A stretch of DNA of 64,000 bases from Promethearchaeota archaeon (lineage in GTDB: Archaea > Asgardarchaeota > Lokiarchaeia > Sigyniarchaeales > SOKP01), in contig JAHPZE010000001.1 in the NCBI GenBank assembly GCA_019058365.1, positions 1-64,000 on the forward strand, written 5' to 3'. Every line of letters starts with the position of its first letter. The stretch's first letter is position 1. The translations under genes and the position numbers were made by a program. Shown here in pieces: positions 48,408-59,818 of the stretch. The notes below the pieces were generated by a model, which ran no database searches, was not told where the DNA came from, and was given only the letters and a program-made list of their open reading frames with translations.

Positions 48408-49061
48408 ATGGAAAAACAAAAAACCATTGAGACTGAAAATTTAAAAAAGTACATTAAAAAGTTAGGAATTGATGTTCATGGTATTGCTGATATGCAACTT
48501 TTAACGGAAATGGAAACCAGTCTTCCCACAGATGTAAAAAGCTTCGTAAATATGTTTCTTTATGCTATTTTATTAGGGGCTCAATGTGGAAAGTTAGGGA
48601 AAAAAAGCTTCTGGAAACGACACCTCATTAATTTTAGAAGATACTACCTTTTCTATAATGAATTATTTAGAAGGTAAGGGGTATAGGCAACTTATTATTC
48701 ATAAGGAAGATGAGTTTGATCCTATTAAACGATTATAATTTATATCTCTTAAAATCTTTAGCAAAAACAGCTGGTCTTGGCTGCAAGGTAGGTTAATATT
48801 AATTATTTCTCCGAAATACGGTTCTCTACATCGCTTAATAGCAATTTTAACAGACATGCCACTTTAAGTAAATCAAACAATTAAAAGTGAATGTGGTAAT
48901 TGCCGAAAATATATAACGTGTGTCCTAAGCAAGCACTTACTTTTGTTGCCTTTAACGATCATCCCACATGTAGGGAGGATGTTTTAGATATTAAGATTTG
49001 TTTAGGAGATAATGGATGTCTGTCATGTATTTTATCCTGTCATTGGTTAAAAAAGTCGTAA
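48408..49061 (+). pseudogene. QueG-like Fe-S protein pseudogene
   Basis: GIDVHGIAD start; after frameshifts and stops AKTAGLG, ISPKYG..RLIAILTDMPL, CGNC, VCP, CLSCILSC. Confidence 0.82.
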
Positions 49062-49064
49062 TAT

Positions 49065-49229
49065 TTCAAAGCTGCCAATTAAAAATATAAATTTATAACT
49101 GGAGTATTTTATAGAACTTCGAAAATAGTTTATTATGAAGAGTTATATGGAGATCATAACCCAGTATTAAAAAAGATATCTAGATTGAAGAGGTTAGAAA
49201 TAATTATAGACATTCTTAAGATTAAATGA
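49065..49229 (+). pseudogene. korB: Diverged 3' remnant of korB
   Basis: Gapless 165-nt match to 43966..44130: KAAN*KYKFITGVFYRT..ELYGDHNP; 30/54 aa identical by manual count. Confidence 0.88.
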
Positions 49230-49514
49230 ACAAATAAAGTCATATTAATTAGTTTTTTATCATGTGACTTAACTTCCGTCCCTCTTTATATATTAGAATA
49301 ATTAAAAATCTAATCAAACAAAAATAAAAAAAAGTAGGGTTATTTTTAATGGAATTGGATTTTAATATTAAGGTAATTTCTAAAAGTGCAACTCATTTCG
49401 AGGTTTAAAATAAAATCAAGAATTATGAAAATTTCTCAAAAAATTTATATACTAAATCTTGTACTTTTGTTTTAGATTTTAAATTTAAATTGGTATAAAA
49501 ATCCTTCCAGAAAA

Positions 49515-52500
49515 ATGTTTGAAGAAAAGAGAGAACTGAACGAGAAGGATAAGGAGGAGAGCTTTATTACAAAGGTATCAGATGGTCTGGAATTCCCAAT
49601 TATTGGTATTGGCGCATCTGCGGGAGGTTTAGAAGCATTTGAGCAATTTTTTACAAATATGCCTTCAGATACTGGAATGGCTTTTGTTTTAGTAACTCAT
49701 TTAGATCCTACTCATAAAAGTATTTTGAGTGATTTAATAAAGAGATATACTCAAATGACAGTTGTTCAAGCAGAAGACAAAGAGTATATTAAGCCTAATT
49801 GGGCATATATAATACCTCCTAATCAAAATATAACTATAAAAGAAGGTAAACTCCATCTCACTGAACGTTCAGAATTTAGGGGTAGGAGATTGCCGATAGA
49901 TGAGTTTTTCCGCTCTTTGGCTGAAGAAAAGCAAGAAAAAAGTATAGGTATTGTGCTATCTGGAACTGGAACAGATGCAACCCTTGGGTTAAGGGAAATA
50001 AAGGGTGTTGGGGGGATGGTAATGGTTCAAGACCCCAAAACAGCTAAATACGATGGAATGCCAAGAAGTGCAATAGACAATGTTATAGTTGATTTTATTT
50101 TATCTCCAAATGATATGCCTGAATATCTAATAAAATATGTCAAACATTTACCCTCGGATATCGAACAATTAGAAGCACCTATAAAAATTAAAGATACAAT
50201 AGAAGAAATATTTACTCTCTTGCACAACAAAGTTGGACATGATTTTTCTGCTTATAAATTAAACACGCTTTTTCGACGAATTGAAAGACGTATGACTGTA
50301 TGTCATATTACTCAATATAAAGATTATATACAATATTTAAAGGATTATCCAGAGGAAATAGATAACCTTTTTCGAGAACTTTTAATTGGAGTTACTAATT
50401 TTTTCCGAGACAAAGAAGCATTTAAATCTTTCAACGAACAAGCTATCCCAAAGCTTTTTGAAAATAAAAATCTTAAAGATGCTGTTCGTATTTGGATCCT
50501 TGGCTGTTCAACTGGAGAAGAGGCTTATTCAATCGCAATGCTATTAAAAGAAAAAATGGATTTGCTAAAGAAAGAAATTAAAATCCAGATATTTGCTACT
50601 GATATTGATATTAGGGCTATAGATAAAGCACGACAAGGAATTTTTCCTGATAATATTGTCGTTGATGTTCCTCCTAATTTAATCACTAAATATTTTTCGA
50701 TGGAAAATGGCTTTTATCAAATTAAGAAAAATATTCGAGATATGATTGTATTTGCTGTACAGAATGCTATCACTGATCCTCCATTTTCGAATGTTAATTT
50801 AATTTGTTGTAGAAATCTTTTAATTTATTTAACAGCTGAAATTCAAAAAAAGTTATTATTACTTTTTCATTATTCATTAAACCACAATGGTTATCTCTTT
50901 TTAGGGAATTCAGAATCATTAAATGGTTTTGCCAAATATTTCAATGTAATTGATAAAAAATGGAAAATCTTTCAAAAAAAGGAAGTAAATTTAATAGATA
51001 GAGAATTTCCAAGACCTTTCCCTCCCTTGGTTGATTACAATTATAAACGAAAACCTCTTGAGAAAATAAAGATACCCGAAAAAATTAATTATCGTGATTT
51101 AATAGAACAATTATTAATTGAGAAGTATGCCCCTACGAGTGTTATTATTAACGAAAATTTTAATGTTTTATATATATATGGACATACTTACAAATTTTTA
51201 GAATTACCTTCTGGGGAAATAAACCTAAATATCTTAAATATGGCTCGGGAAAGTTATAAAATAAAATTAATAACGGGATTAAGAAAATTAGCCTTAACTA
51301 AAAAAGAAATACGTTTCGATAATTTAAAAATTGACGAGAATGGAAAGAACTTATTATTTAATATGATTCTTAGCCCAATAGTAAAACCTAAAACTATGGA
51401 AGATTTAATTTTAATTCAATTTGAAGAAATTTACCCTAAAAAAGATGAAAAAGAAAAGATCATAACAGAAAAAACTGAAGATATTAGTGAACTGCGTATC
51501 AAACAACTTGAAATGGAATTAAGTTCAACTAAACAGTATTTACAAACTACTATTGAAGAATTAGAAACTTCAAATGAAGAACTGAAATCTACAAATGAGG
51601 AATTACAATCTTCAAATGAAGAACTTCAAAGTACAAACGAAGAATTACAAACATCCAAAGAAGAATTACAATCTATAAATGAGGAATTAGTTACTGTAAA
51701 TACAGAATTAGATGCAAAAATTGTTGAAGTTACTAAAACCAATAATGATATGAACAATTTATTGAGTACAATTAACGTTGGAACTTTATTCTTAGATGAT
51801 AATCTGAATATAAATCGTTTTACTCCTCCGACTTCGAATATTTTTAATTTAATTCAAACTGATATTGGACGACCAATAAGTGATATATCGTCTAATTTAG
51901 AATATAAGGATATTGTGGAGAATGCAAAAAAAGTACTTAAAACCTTAATTCCATTTGAAATAGATGTAAAGAATATCAATAACACTTGGTATACAATGCG
52001 AATAGTTCCTTATCGAACAGCTGATAATAAAATTGAGGGTATTGTAATTTCATTTATAGATATTACCAATCGAAAACTTATGGAAGAAAAATTACGATTG
52101 AATAGTAATATTTTAACACATTTGTCTGAGGGTGTAGCTCTTATAAGAGTTGATGATGGGAAAGTAGTGTATACAAATCCCACATTTGAGGAGATGTTTG
52201 GCTATAAACCTGGTGAAATTATTGGAGAATACGGGTCTATTATAACTGCGCCAACCGATAAGAGTCCTGATGAAATAAATGAAGAAATTATGGGAATCTT
52301 GTTAAAATTAGGAGAATGGCATGGGGAACTTATGAACATAAGGAAGAATGGGACAACATTTTGGTGTTATGTTAATATTTCACTATTCAATGACCCTGAA
52401 TATGGAAAGGTCATTGTTTCAATTCATTCTGACATTACGGAGAAAAAGGAAAAAGATAATGAAATTCAAAATTTAGCAAAATTCCCTTCTGAAGACCCAA

Positions 52501-53462
52501 ATCCCGTTTTAAGAGTAAATAATGAGCGTGTAATCTATACCAATAAAACTGGTGAGACTTTATTTAATATTGATGAGAAAAGATTAGTCCCAAAAGTATT
52601 GGAAGAATCTATCAGTCAAGTTCTTATAAATAACGAAATTCAGGAGTTAGAACTTTTGTTAAATAGAAGAACATATACTCTAGCAATTACTCCAGTCGAA
52701 AACATGAATTATGTTAATATTTATGGAATGGATATAACAGAATGTAAAAAAGCAGAGGAGAAATTATCACATTTAATCTCAATGGTTTCGCATGAATTAA
52801 GGACACCAATCGCGGTTTTATTAATGTCAATAGAGTATATTAATCAAAATAAAAATAATCTTACTGAGGAATCAGAAAATGAGCTGATGGATGGTATCTC
52901 AAGAAACATTCGATTATTAGATAAGTTAGTAGAAGACATCTTAGTAATTTCTAGGATTGATGAAAAAAAGTTAAAATTAGATATGAAAGAATTTAGTCCC
53001 TTAGATATTATTAATGATATTCTATATCTCATGGAGCCTATAAGGACGCAAAAGAAAATAGATTTTATTGTTAATGTGGATAAAGACATTCGATTAAATG
53101 GTGATCCGAATAGAATCGATCAAGCTTTTCGAGTAATTATTGATAACGCAATAAAATATTCAAAGGAAAATTCGAAAGTGGAAATTCGGGTAATAAAAAA
53201 TTATCGAGGTAAATATAATTTAGATGATACTCCAGGAGTCCTCTTTCAATTCAAAGATTCTGGGCGTGGTATACCCAAAGAAGATCAACCTAATATCTTT
53301 GAACGTTTCTTCCGCTCAAGTAATGTGAATGATGTATCTGGGACGGGATTAGGGTTAGCCATCGCTAAAGATTTAATTGAGGCTCATAAGGGAAAAATTT
53401 TTATGGAGAGCAAATTAGAGAAAGGGACAACATTTCATCTCTTTTACCCTCAAATTGAATGA
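49515..53462 (+). CDS. CheB-CheR-coiled coil-PAS-histidine kinase fusion
   Basis: IGASAGG, VLSGTGTD, GCSTGEEAYS, CRNLLIY, EELQSTNEE repeats, PAS, SHELRTP, GTGLGL. Confidence 0.92.
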   Translation: MFEEKRELNEKDKEESFITKVSDGLEFPIIGIGASAGGLEAFEQFFTNMPSDTGMAFVLVTHLDPTHKSILSDLIKRYTQMTVVQAEDKEYIKPNWAYIIPPNQNITIKEGKLHLTERSEFRGRRLPIDEFFRSLAEEKQEKSIGIVLSGTGTDATLGLREIKGVGGMVMVQDPKTAKYDGMPRSAIDNVIVDFILSPNDMPEYLIKYVKHLPSDIEQLEAPIKIKDTIEEIFTLLHNKVGHDFSAYKLNTLFRRIERRMTVCHITQYKDYIQYLKDYPEEIDNLFRELLIGVTNFFRDKEAFKSFNEQAIPKLFENKNLKDAVRIWILGCSTGEEAYSIAMLLKEKMDLLKKEIKIQIFATDIDIRAIDKARQGIFPDNIVVDVPPNLITKYFSMENGFYQIKKNIRDMIVFAVQNAITDPPFSNVNLICCRNLLIYLTAEIQKKLLLLFHYSLNHNGYLFLGNSESLNGFAKYFNVIDKKWKIFQKKEVNLIDREFPRPFPPLVDYNYKRKPLEKIKIPEKINYRDLIEQLLIEKYAPTSVIINENFNVLYIYGHTYKFLELPSGEINLNILNMARESYKIKLITGLRKLALTKKEIRFDNLKIDENGKNLLFNMILSPIVKPKTMEDLILIQFEEIYPKKDEKEKIITEKTEDISELRIKQLEMELSSTKQYLQTTIEELETSNEELKSTNEELQSSNEELQSTNEELQTSKEELQSINEELVTVNTELDAKIVEVTKTNNDMNNLLSTINVGTLFLDDNLNINRFTPPTSNIFNLIQTDIGRPISDISSNLEYKDIVENAKKVLKTLIPFEIDVKNINNTWYTMRIVPYRTADNKIEGIVISFIDITNRKLMEEKLRLNSNILTHLSEGVALIRVDDGKVVYTNPTFEEMFGYKPGEIIGEYGSIITAPTDKSPDEINEEIMGILLKLGEWHGELMNIRKNGTTFWCYVNISLFNDPEYGKVIVSIHSDITEKKEKDNEIQNLAKFPSEDPNPVLRVNNERVIYTNKTGETLFNIDEKRLVPKVLEESISQVLINNEIQELELLLNRRTYTLAITPVENMNYVNIYGMDITECKKAEEKLSHLISMVSHELRTPIAVLLMSIEYINQNKNNLTEESENELMDGISRNIRLLDKLVEDILVISRIDEKKLKLDMKEFSPLDIINDILYLMEPIRTQKKIDFIVNVDKDIRLNGDPNRIDQAFRVIIDNAIKYSKENSKVEIRVIKNYRGKYNLDDTPGVLFQFKDSGRGIPKEDQPNIFERFFRSSNVNDVSGTGLGLAIAKDLIEAHKGKIFMESKLEKGTTFHLFYPQIE

Positions 53463-53519
53463 TTTAGGAAAAATGATAAACCGTAATAGGATTATTACTT
53501 TTTATCACTCCTCAAAATT

Positions 53520-53717
53520 ATACTAAATTACCAAAATCAAAGAATTGGATTAAAGTTAATTAAAGATTTATTAATAAAAGCAGGAGAATATTATAAATTA
53601 GTTTGTTCACAAGTACTAAAAGTTAATGAAAAAGCTATAAAATTATACAAACATCTTGTCTTTTTAATTAAAGAAGAAACTAAGATACATTTTAAAATGA
53701 TTAATAGATATATTTGA
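53520..53717 (+). pseudogene. 3' remnant of GNAT acetyltransferase
   Basis: NYQNQRIG (motif A QxxGIG decayed), QVLKVNEKAIKLYKHLVF (motif B LGF decayed); no start. Confidence 0.7.
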
Positions 53718-55071
53718 GATTAATCCTACCTATTGCTCTAAATGGTATAGCACCATTAAATTTATCATAATTATATAATCTTCTTCCATCTACTAAATTG
53801 GGTGTTTTCATCAATCGCCTAAAATCGTCTGGGGTTAGGGTTTTAAACTCATCCCATTCAGTAATCAATAGTGCACATTCAGAACCTTTTAAAGCGTCTT
53901 CTATAGAGTCAATGTATTTAACCTTATCCCCCATTTCCTCTTCTGCCGTCTTAAGAGCTTTAGGATCATATCCAATTATATCAGTCACTCCCCTTTTTCT
54001 TAATTCATTAACAACTCTGATACTTGCAGCTTCTCGCATGTCGTCTGTACCCGGTTTAAAAGCAAGACCTAGCAAAGTAACTTTTTTACCAGCTAATTTT
54101 CCAACTAATTCTTCTGCAATATCTACTATATGAATAGCTTGATCATCATTTATTTCTAAAACTGCCTTTAATAATCTTGAAGTATATCCTTTAGATTTCG
54201 ACCATACTTTTATTGCATTCACATCTTTATGAAAGCAAGAGCCTCCAAAGCCTGCACCTGCTCGTAAAAATCTCGGATTTATTCTATAATCAAACCCTAC
54301 ACCTTTCATAACTTGCAATACATCTACATTTGGTACTAATTCTGCAAAATTAGCGAATTCATTAGCATAGCTTATTTTTGTAGATAATAAGCAATTATTC
54401 CCATATTTAACTAATTCAGCACTTTCCAAATTCATTCGTAAAATAGGACATGTTTTTAAGTGATCTCCATAAAAATATTCATAAAATTCTTGGAGCATTG
54501 CACCGCTTTTTTCATCGAATTCACCAATAACAATCCTATCAGGATGTAGGGTATCTGAAACAGACGATCCTTCAGCCAAAAACTCGGGTTGCATACATAA
54601 TCCGAAATCTTTTCCCGGTATTTTTCCTGAAACTTCGGTTATTAGCTTTCCTACAAGATTTCTAGTAGTACCGGGAACTACAGTCGATCTCACAACCACT
54701 AGGTGGTAGGAATCTTTTTGTTTAAGAGCCTCACCAATTTCCCGAGCAGTACTCTCGATATAACCTAAATTAATGCTTCTATCTTCTCGCATTGGCGTGC
54801 CTTGAGTAATCATGGATATATCCGTTTCAAGAACAGATTTCACTGGATCAAGGAGACATTGTAATAACTCAGGCTTCGTGGCCTTTATATTGTCCATCAT
54901 TTCTTGTAAATTTGCTTCATAGAAGGGAGCTTTTCCCTCGTTAATCATATTAGCTTTTTTCTCGTTATGCGTAGATGCTAAAACTTTGATATCCTTATTA
55001 GCAAAACAAGCAGCACTGCATAATCCAATGAATCCCGTACCTAAAATGCTCACGGAATATTTATATACCAT
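53701..55071 (-). CDS. ugd: UDP-glucose/GDP-mannose dehydrogenase
   Basis: GTGFIG, RSTVVPGT, PEFLAEG, GFGGSCFHKD, GLAFKPGTDDMR; ATG 55071. Confidence 0.92.
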   Translation of the reverse strand: MVYKYSVSILGTGFIGLCSAACFANKDIKVLASTHNEKKANMINEGKAPFYEANLQEMMDNIKATKPELLQCLLDPVKSVLETDISMITQGTPMREDRSINLGYIESTAREIGEALKQKDSYHLVVVRSTVVPGTTRNLVGKLITEVSGKIPGKDFGLCMQPEFLAEGSSVSDTLHPDRIVIGEFDEKSGAMLQEFYEYFYGDHLKTCPILRMNLESAELVKYGNNCLLSTKISYANEFANFAELVPNVDVLQVMKGVGFDYRINPRFLRAGAGFGGSCFHKDVNAIKVWSKSKGYTSRLLKAVLEINDDQAIHIVDIAEELVGKLAGKKVTLLGLAFKPGTDDMREAASIRVVNELRKRGVTDIIGYDPKALKTAEEEMGDKVKYIDSIEDALKGSECALLITEWDEFKTLTPDDFRRLMKTPNLVDGRRLYNYDKFNGAIPFRAIGRINLKYIY

Positions 55072-55255
55072 TATTAAATTCACTTTTCGTTAATTCTAAT
55101 GATAATGCAAAATAAAGAATTCCAATTAAAACTTTTTTAAATAATTTCTCAAAATAAATTGATAAAACAGACTACAAAAAAAAGGTTTCAATATTTAATA
55201 AATTACAAAATTCAATATTCTTGATTTATTTTATTATAAAGAATTTTTAAAAAAA

Positions 55256-56896
55256 TTATCCTTCAAATTTTTTCCCATCAGTGTAATTTCTTGGATCTGA
55301 AGCATTATTTGGATCAAATTCGTATTTGATTGCTTTCATCCACGTGTGGTAATTACATGTAATCGGTCCAAATAGATCGCATTGATGTACGCTTCCTTCC
55401 ATATCCCCTATGCCCAAACCAATTCCGAGAGGATTTATCTTATTTGCCTCTATTACCGAATTAAGGTAATGAGTCGCAGCTTTACGAGAAGTTTCGTCTG
55501 TAATATCATACATAAATAACTCTTCTAAATGAGAAAACGTTCCCCCTTCATAAGGATTCCCCCAAACATTATCTGCTCCATCATCAACTAATCCCCCAAA
55601 ATCAATCGCTTTTTGTTTTAATCTCTCTCCGATTTTAGCGCCTTCAACGCACCAATCCCAGCTTCCCAGAGCGCCTAAAGATGTATGAAAACCTCCGCCT
55701 GCTCTAAATACTCCTCTCGTTGTATTGCATTGCCTTACTATTGCCATAAAAGCTAATGCTTTCATCGGCTTAAGCTGTGTAATGGGATTATATTCGCCAT
55801 TTGTTTTTTCGACTATATGATTCAACACTTTTTGCCGGTATTCGAATTCTTTTTCATTATCAGCCACAATAATTATCATCAATTCGTGGCCTCCTCTATG
55901 GGCTAAATCTTGAAAAATCTTTTCCGTATACATTGTAGTATTATTGGGAGCAGCAGCCAAGGCTAGATCGAAACCTTGTATTCTACAGAGACCCCAACAT
56001 ATTTCTGAATAGGCTAATAAGTATCCTGCATCCTTGAAATCTTCCCAATCGTCCCAAATAATGTGAAAAGCCTCGCAATTATCTGGCATCTTATTTTTAA
56101 CTAAACTGTAATTTGGAGAGCGACCTTGAATTTTCAGTACCTTTGGTCCTGGCCAATCGTAAAGTTTTATGGCCGCCTTTGTAAAAATACCCATACCTCC
56201 AAATGCTCCAAAATAACCTCTATATACTCCGCGTATGCTTGGTCCTGGACCGTCAGCAAAAAACCATTCAGAAGCGTCAATTTCTTTATTATGATCCTCA
56301 GCGCCCTCAAACGAACCCCAAGAACCTATCCTGCACACAATGCCTTCGGGCATGACCCATTCTGCTCCGACAATATTTCTATTAGAAAATCCTGTTGAAA
56401 TTCCGGTCCAACCTTGCCCACACATACTTGTGACCGTAACTAATTGGGATCCATTCGCACCACATCCAGCAATGTGACAGTTTAAACCTAATTTAAAAAG
56501 TTCCGTTTGAAGCTGACCGCTAATTACGTAAGGTTCAACCACTGCAATCATATTTTTTGTATCTACATCTAAAATTTTATTCATTCTTCGACAGTCTAAT
56601 ATTATCACCTTGTTCTCCTGTCCGGCACAATTATGAGCTCCCCAACCAGTACTTTGTGCTTTAAATTGCAACCCATTTTCGTTGCAGTATTTTACAATTT
56701 TCACGATTTCGTCTGTAGTAGAAGGTAAAACAACGCATATCGGACGATTCGTAAATTTAGATTTTCCCTCAGTCGCAAGATCTGCAAGATATTGATATGC
56801 ATAGTTGTCTAATAAGTAGTCATCAGAATTAGCAAATTTATTACCTACAATACTTTGCATTGCGATTAAAACTTCATTTCTATCTATTCTACTCAT
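55256..56896 (-). CDS. FAD-binding oxidoreductase (VAO/PCMH, GlcD-like)
   Basis: VVLPSTTDEI, LDCRRMNKI, VEPYV, GPGP, MGIFTK, FDPN. Confidence 0.85.
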   Translation of the reverse strand: MSRIDRNEVLIAMQSIVGNKFANSDDYLLDNYAYQYLADLATEGKSKFTNRPICVVLPSTTDEIVKIVKYCNENGLQFKAQSTGWGAHNCAGQENKVIILDCRRMNKILDVDTKNMIAVVEPYVISGQLQTELFKLGLNCHIAGCGANGSQLVTVTSMCGQGWTGISTGFSNRNIVGAEWVMPEGIVCRIGSWGSFEGAEDHNKEIDASEWFFADGPGPSIRGVYRGYFGAFGGMGIFTKAAIKLYDWPGPKVLKIQGRSPNYSLVKNKMPDNCEAFHIIWDDWEDFKDAGYLLAYSEICWGLCRIQGFDLALAAAPNNTTMYTEKIFQDLAHRGGHELMIIIVADNEKEFEYRQKVLNHIVEKTNGEYNPITQLKPMKALAFMAIVRQCNTTRGVFRAGGGFHTSLGALGSWDWCVEGAKIGERLKQKAIDFGGLVDDGADNVWGNPYEGGTFSHLEELFMYDITDETSRKAATHYLNSVIEANKINPLGIGLGIGDMEGSVHQCDLFGPITCNYHTWMKAIKYEFDPNNASDPRNYTDGKKFEG

Positions 56897-58236
56897 TTTT
56901 TCATCAACTCCAATACTAATTGATTGATATCTCTATATTGAAGATCTTTCCCCATGTCTGAGATTGCATCTTCAAAATTAGTTTTACAAAATGGACAGGC
57001 ACTAACTATAAATTTCTCAGTATCTCTTTCTTTTGAAGCTTTTTTTAGAACAAATTCCGCCTCTTCAAGACGATTTTTTGCCGTAAGTATTGCCATTTCT
57101 GGATATGCCGCTTTCACACCGCCTCCTGAGCCGCAACAGTAAGTATACTCATTAATTCGAAACATTTCAACGAACTCTATTGCTTTTTTCATTCTTTTAA
57201 ATATCTCTCTTGGAACATCATAAACACCTTTAGCTCCTCGTCTATAAATTTTCGGCGGATCATATATAGTAATTTGATTGTACACTTTCTTTTTAGTTCC
57301 CTTCCATTCAGAAACATATGGTTCGGCACCTCTTCCTAAATGACATGGATCATGATAGGTTATTATCGGTTTTTTCTCCGTTTCATCAAATAGGATCTTC
57401 TTTTTCCGAATAGCTTCTTCAATTATTTCAACCATATGACGGAATTTGATTTTTTTCCACAACTTAATGTGGTCTTCATCTAATTGATGGGGATATTCTG
57501 CTACAAACATGGCATAACATCCAGGACACGCAGTTATTACTTCTTCGACTCCTAATCTATTGAACAACTCGATATTAGATTGCATGTATTTTTTAGAAGT
57601 TTCTACTTGACCAGATCTATAAATTGGAGAACCGCAGCAAATTTCGTCTTTAGAGACCTGGAACTCATAATCAATAGCATTTAGTATTTCCACACTAGCT
57701 TGGGCCATATCTTGCTGCCGATATGAAGCGGTACATCCCGTAAAAAATAATGTTTTTGAATTTGGATTTGATTTGGCGCCCGTCTTGCCGATCCAATCTT
57801 GTCGATTCTCATGGGGTTCGCCGTAAGGATTATTGTATTTCTCAGCAGCATCTGCGTATTTTCTATGAGAAGGATGAGGACCAATCCTCTCAACTATATA
57901 TCTTCTTACATCGAAAATGGTATCAAGAACTTCTAGGTCCGTAGAGTATTTGCAGGATGTATCACATGCCCCACATAGAGTGCATTGTAATACAGCATCC
58001 CTCATAGCCTCCGTAACTGCTATTCTATCATAATAAAGAGATGCTCCTACTACAATTTTTCCACCGCCAGACCAAGGGTGAAAATAGCCATAATCCATAG
58101 AGCAGCATACCGAGGAAAATTCGGCGGATTTTATTTGAGCCAATGGAGGCCATTTGCATAAACTACAGCGAGCACACCTCCAATATTCATCAGTATGTTT
58201 ATCTAGTAATTTTTTACTTTCTTCCATTTTTATCAC
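56893..58236 (-). CDS. Fe-S oxidoreductase with CCG domains (GlcF/HdrD-like)
   Basis: CARCSLC, CTLCGAC, CCGSP, CPGC, YHDPCHLGR, CCGSGGG, ACPFC. Confidence 0.9.
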   Translation of the reverse strand: MIKMEESKKLLDKHTDEYWRCARCSLCKWPPLAQIKSAEFSSVCCSMDYGYFHPWSGGGKIVVGASLYYDRIAVTEAMRDAVLQCTLCGACDTSCKYSTDLEVLDTIFDVRRYIVERIGPHPSHRKYADAAEKYNNPYGEPHENRQDWIGKTGAKSNPNSKTLFFTGCTASYRQQDMAQASVEILNAIDYEFQVSKDEICCGSPIYRSGQVETSKKYMQSNIELFNRLGVEEVITACPGCYAMFVAEYPHQLDEDHIKLWKKIKFRHMVEIIEEAIRKKKILFDETEKKPIITYHDPCHLGRGAEPYVSEWKGTKKKVYNQITIYDPPKIYRRGAKGVYDVPREIFKRMKKAIEFVEMFRINEYTYCCGSGGGVKAAYPEMAILTAKNRLEEAEFVLKKASKERDTEKFIVSACPFCKTNFEDAISDMGKDLQYRDINQLVLELMKK

Positions 58237-58243
58237 CTTTAGA

Positions 58244-59710
58244 TTAAAAAATTAATTGCCCTTTATTGAGAATCATGTCAGGATCAAAAATTCTTTTCAA
58301 TTTTCTCAGCCCCTCTTGAAAAACTTGATTTTTATCTGTAAAAGCTAAGTCATTTATAAGTTCATATGAACGGGAGAAAAATCCCCCATGTAAATCCGCA
58401 AATTGACCTATTTCCTTAGCTATTGCTCTAACTTTTTCAAGTGAATATTCAATTTTATTAGAATCAGGTCTATCTGATATAATTGAAAATTCTAAATTTA
58501 CAGCTCTTGCTTGAATCAAGGGTTGCATATAGATATTCACCCGGTCCATTGGAAAACTACGCTTGTTAAGAATGTTTTCGACTGCATTAAGATGAGTTTG
58601 CACTCGATCTAGGGTTGTATTATAAAATATATCTATTGCTATGGATGTTTCGGAAAACTTAGGATGTGGATCAATTGTATTGCCATCAAGAAGAGGTTCG
58701 ATCTCATTTTGGGTTATCCCTGAGATATTATCACTTGCTTCAAAGCCAAGTTCACTAAGAATTTCGTTGCAACATTCCATCTGGTAAGAGATTTTATCAT
58801 CAGGGAATAATTCATAGCCGTTTATAGCAAATATCAAAATGTATTTCTTAATATTTCCATTTATAGATGGAAAAATAGCTTTCATTAAGTTATCATTAAT
58901 GATAAAAATTTCATCAATCCATCGTTTTCTTACTGCGGAGTATATAAATTCGGTGAGTGGTTTAATTGAATCTGAATTGATAAATCTGATTTTTCTTTTA
59001 GCAGGGATAAAATCACATTGCATAGAAATCCACGATACAATACCATAAGTACCTTTAGAAGCTTGTATTATTCTAAAAATATCTGTTTGACCAGGGCCTA
59101 GGGGACTAGTTAGAGCAGCCCCAAATTTTCTATTTGTTTCGATATCCAATGGACCTGCCGCTTCTCCCGTTCTGAATATTTCTCCATTACCAAATACAAC
59201 CTCCATACATAACAATGGATCTGAAATATCCCATTGCTTTTTAGCAATTAAATGAGGTTCTCGATCTAAAACGGAAGCGAGAACTGATTTTCCTGGTCTC
59301 GGGAGAAAAGGTGCTAATGGCCTAAGACCATGCTCTTTAAGTTTGGGAATTAGTTCCGCCCATGTTACCCCTGGCTCTATAACACAAACTCTATTTCTTT
59401 TATTAATAAAAGGAACTTGTTTCATATCATGTAAATCTAAAATTATAGTTTTATCATGACAGACTGTGTCGTTTAGGAATTTAGGGGAAGTCGTGCTGCT
59501 TATAATCACTACATTAATATTAATTAAAGTTCTGAAATATTGAATTAGTTTTGATATCTGGTCAGAATTCTCTGGTAAAATACTTATAATTGGAGTATCA
59601 CTTGTTTTTTCTAATATTGGTTTACAATAAAGTTCTCTAAGTAAATCTGAATCAGTAATTACTTTTTCTTTATTGATAATTTCATATAGTTTTTCAAAAT
59701 TAATTGACAT
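58244..59710 (-). CDS. FAD-binding oxidoreductase (VAO/PCMH fold)
   Basis: LDLHDM, IEPGVT, MEVVFGNGEIFRTG, GPG, GTYGIV, FDPDMILNKG. Confidence 0.85.
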   Translation of the reverse strand: MSINFEKLYEIINKEKVITDSDLLRELYCKPILEKTSDTPIISILPENSDQISKLIQYFRTLININVVIISSTTSPKFLNDTVCHDKTIILDLHDMKQVPFINKRNRVCVIEPGVTWAELIPKLKEHGLRPLAPFLPRPGKSVLASVLDREPHLIAKKQWDISDPLLCMEVVFGNGEIFRTGEAAGPLDIETNRKFGAALTSPLGPGQTDIFRIIQASKGTYGIVSWISMQCDFIPAKRKIRFINSDSIKPLTEFIYSAVRKRWIDEIFIINDNLMKAIFPSINGNIKKYILIFAINGYELFPDDKISYQMECCNEILSELGFEASDNISGITQNEIEPLLDGNTIDPHPKFSETSIAIDIFYNTTLDRVQTHLNAVENILNKRSFPMDRVNIYMQPLIQARAVNLEFSIISDRPDSNKIEYSLEKVRAIAKEIGQFADLHGGFFSRSYELINDLAFTDKNQVFQEGLRKLKRIFDPDMILNKGQLIF

Positions 59711-59768
59711 TTTAACTCATTCTCTTAATTTTCCAATAAGTATTAATTTAATTTATATGATTCATTTA

Positions 59769-59797
59769 TATATGCATCGTCGCATATAAATATGCAT
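59769..59797. promoter_or_regulatory. Candidate operator between divergent oxidoreductase operon and regulator
   Basis: Inverted repeat TATATGC-N6-GCATATA (59769..59788); TATGCAT repeated at 20-bp spacing. Confidence 0.4.
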
Positions 59798-59818
59798 TAA
59801 AGTATATTTATCATAATT

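Noticed and set aside
51553-51700. 21-nt periodic repeats (gaagaattacaa..)
   Set aside because: Coding heptad repeats EELQSxNEE of the kinase, not CRISPR
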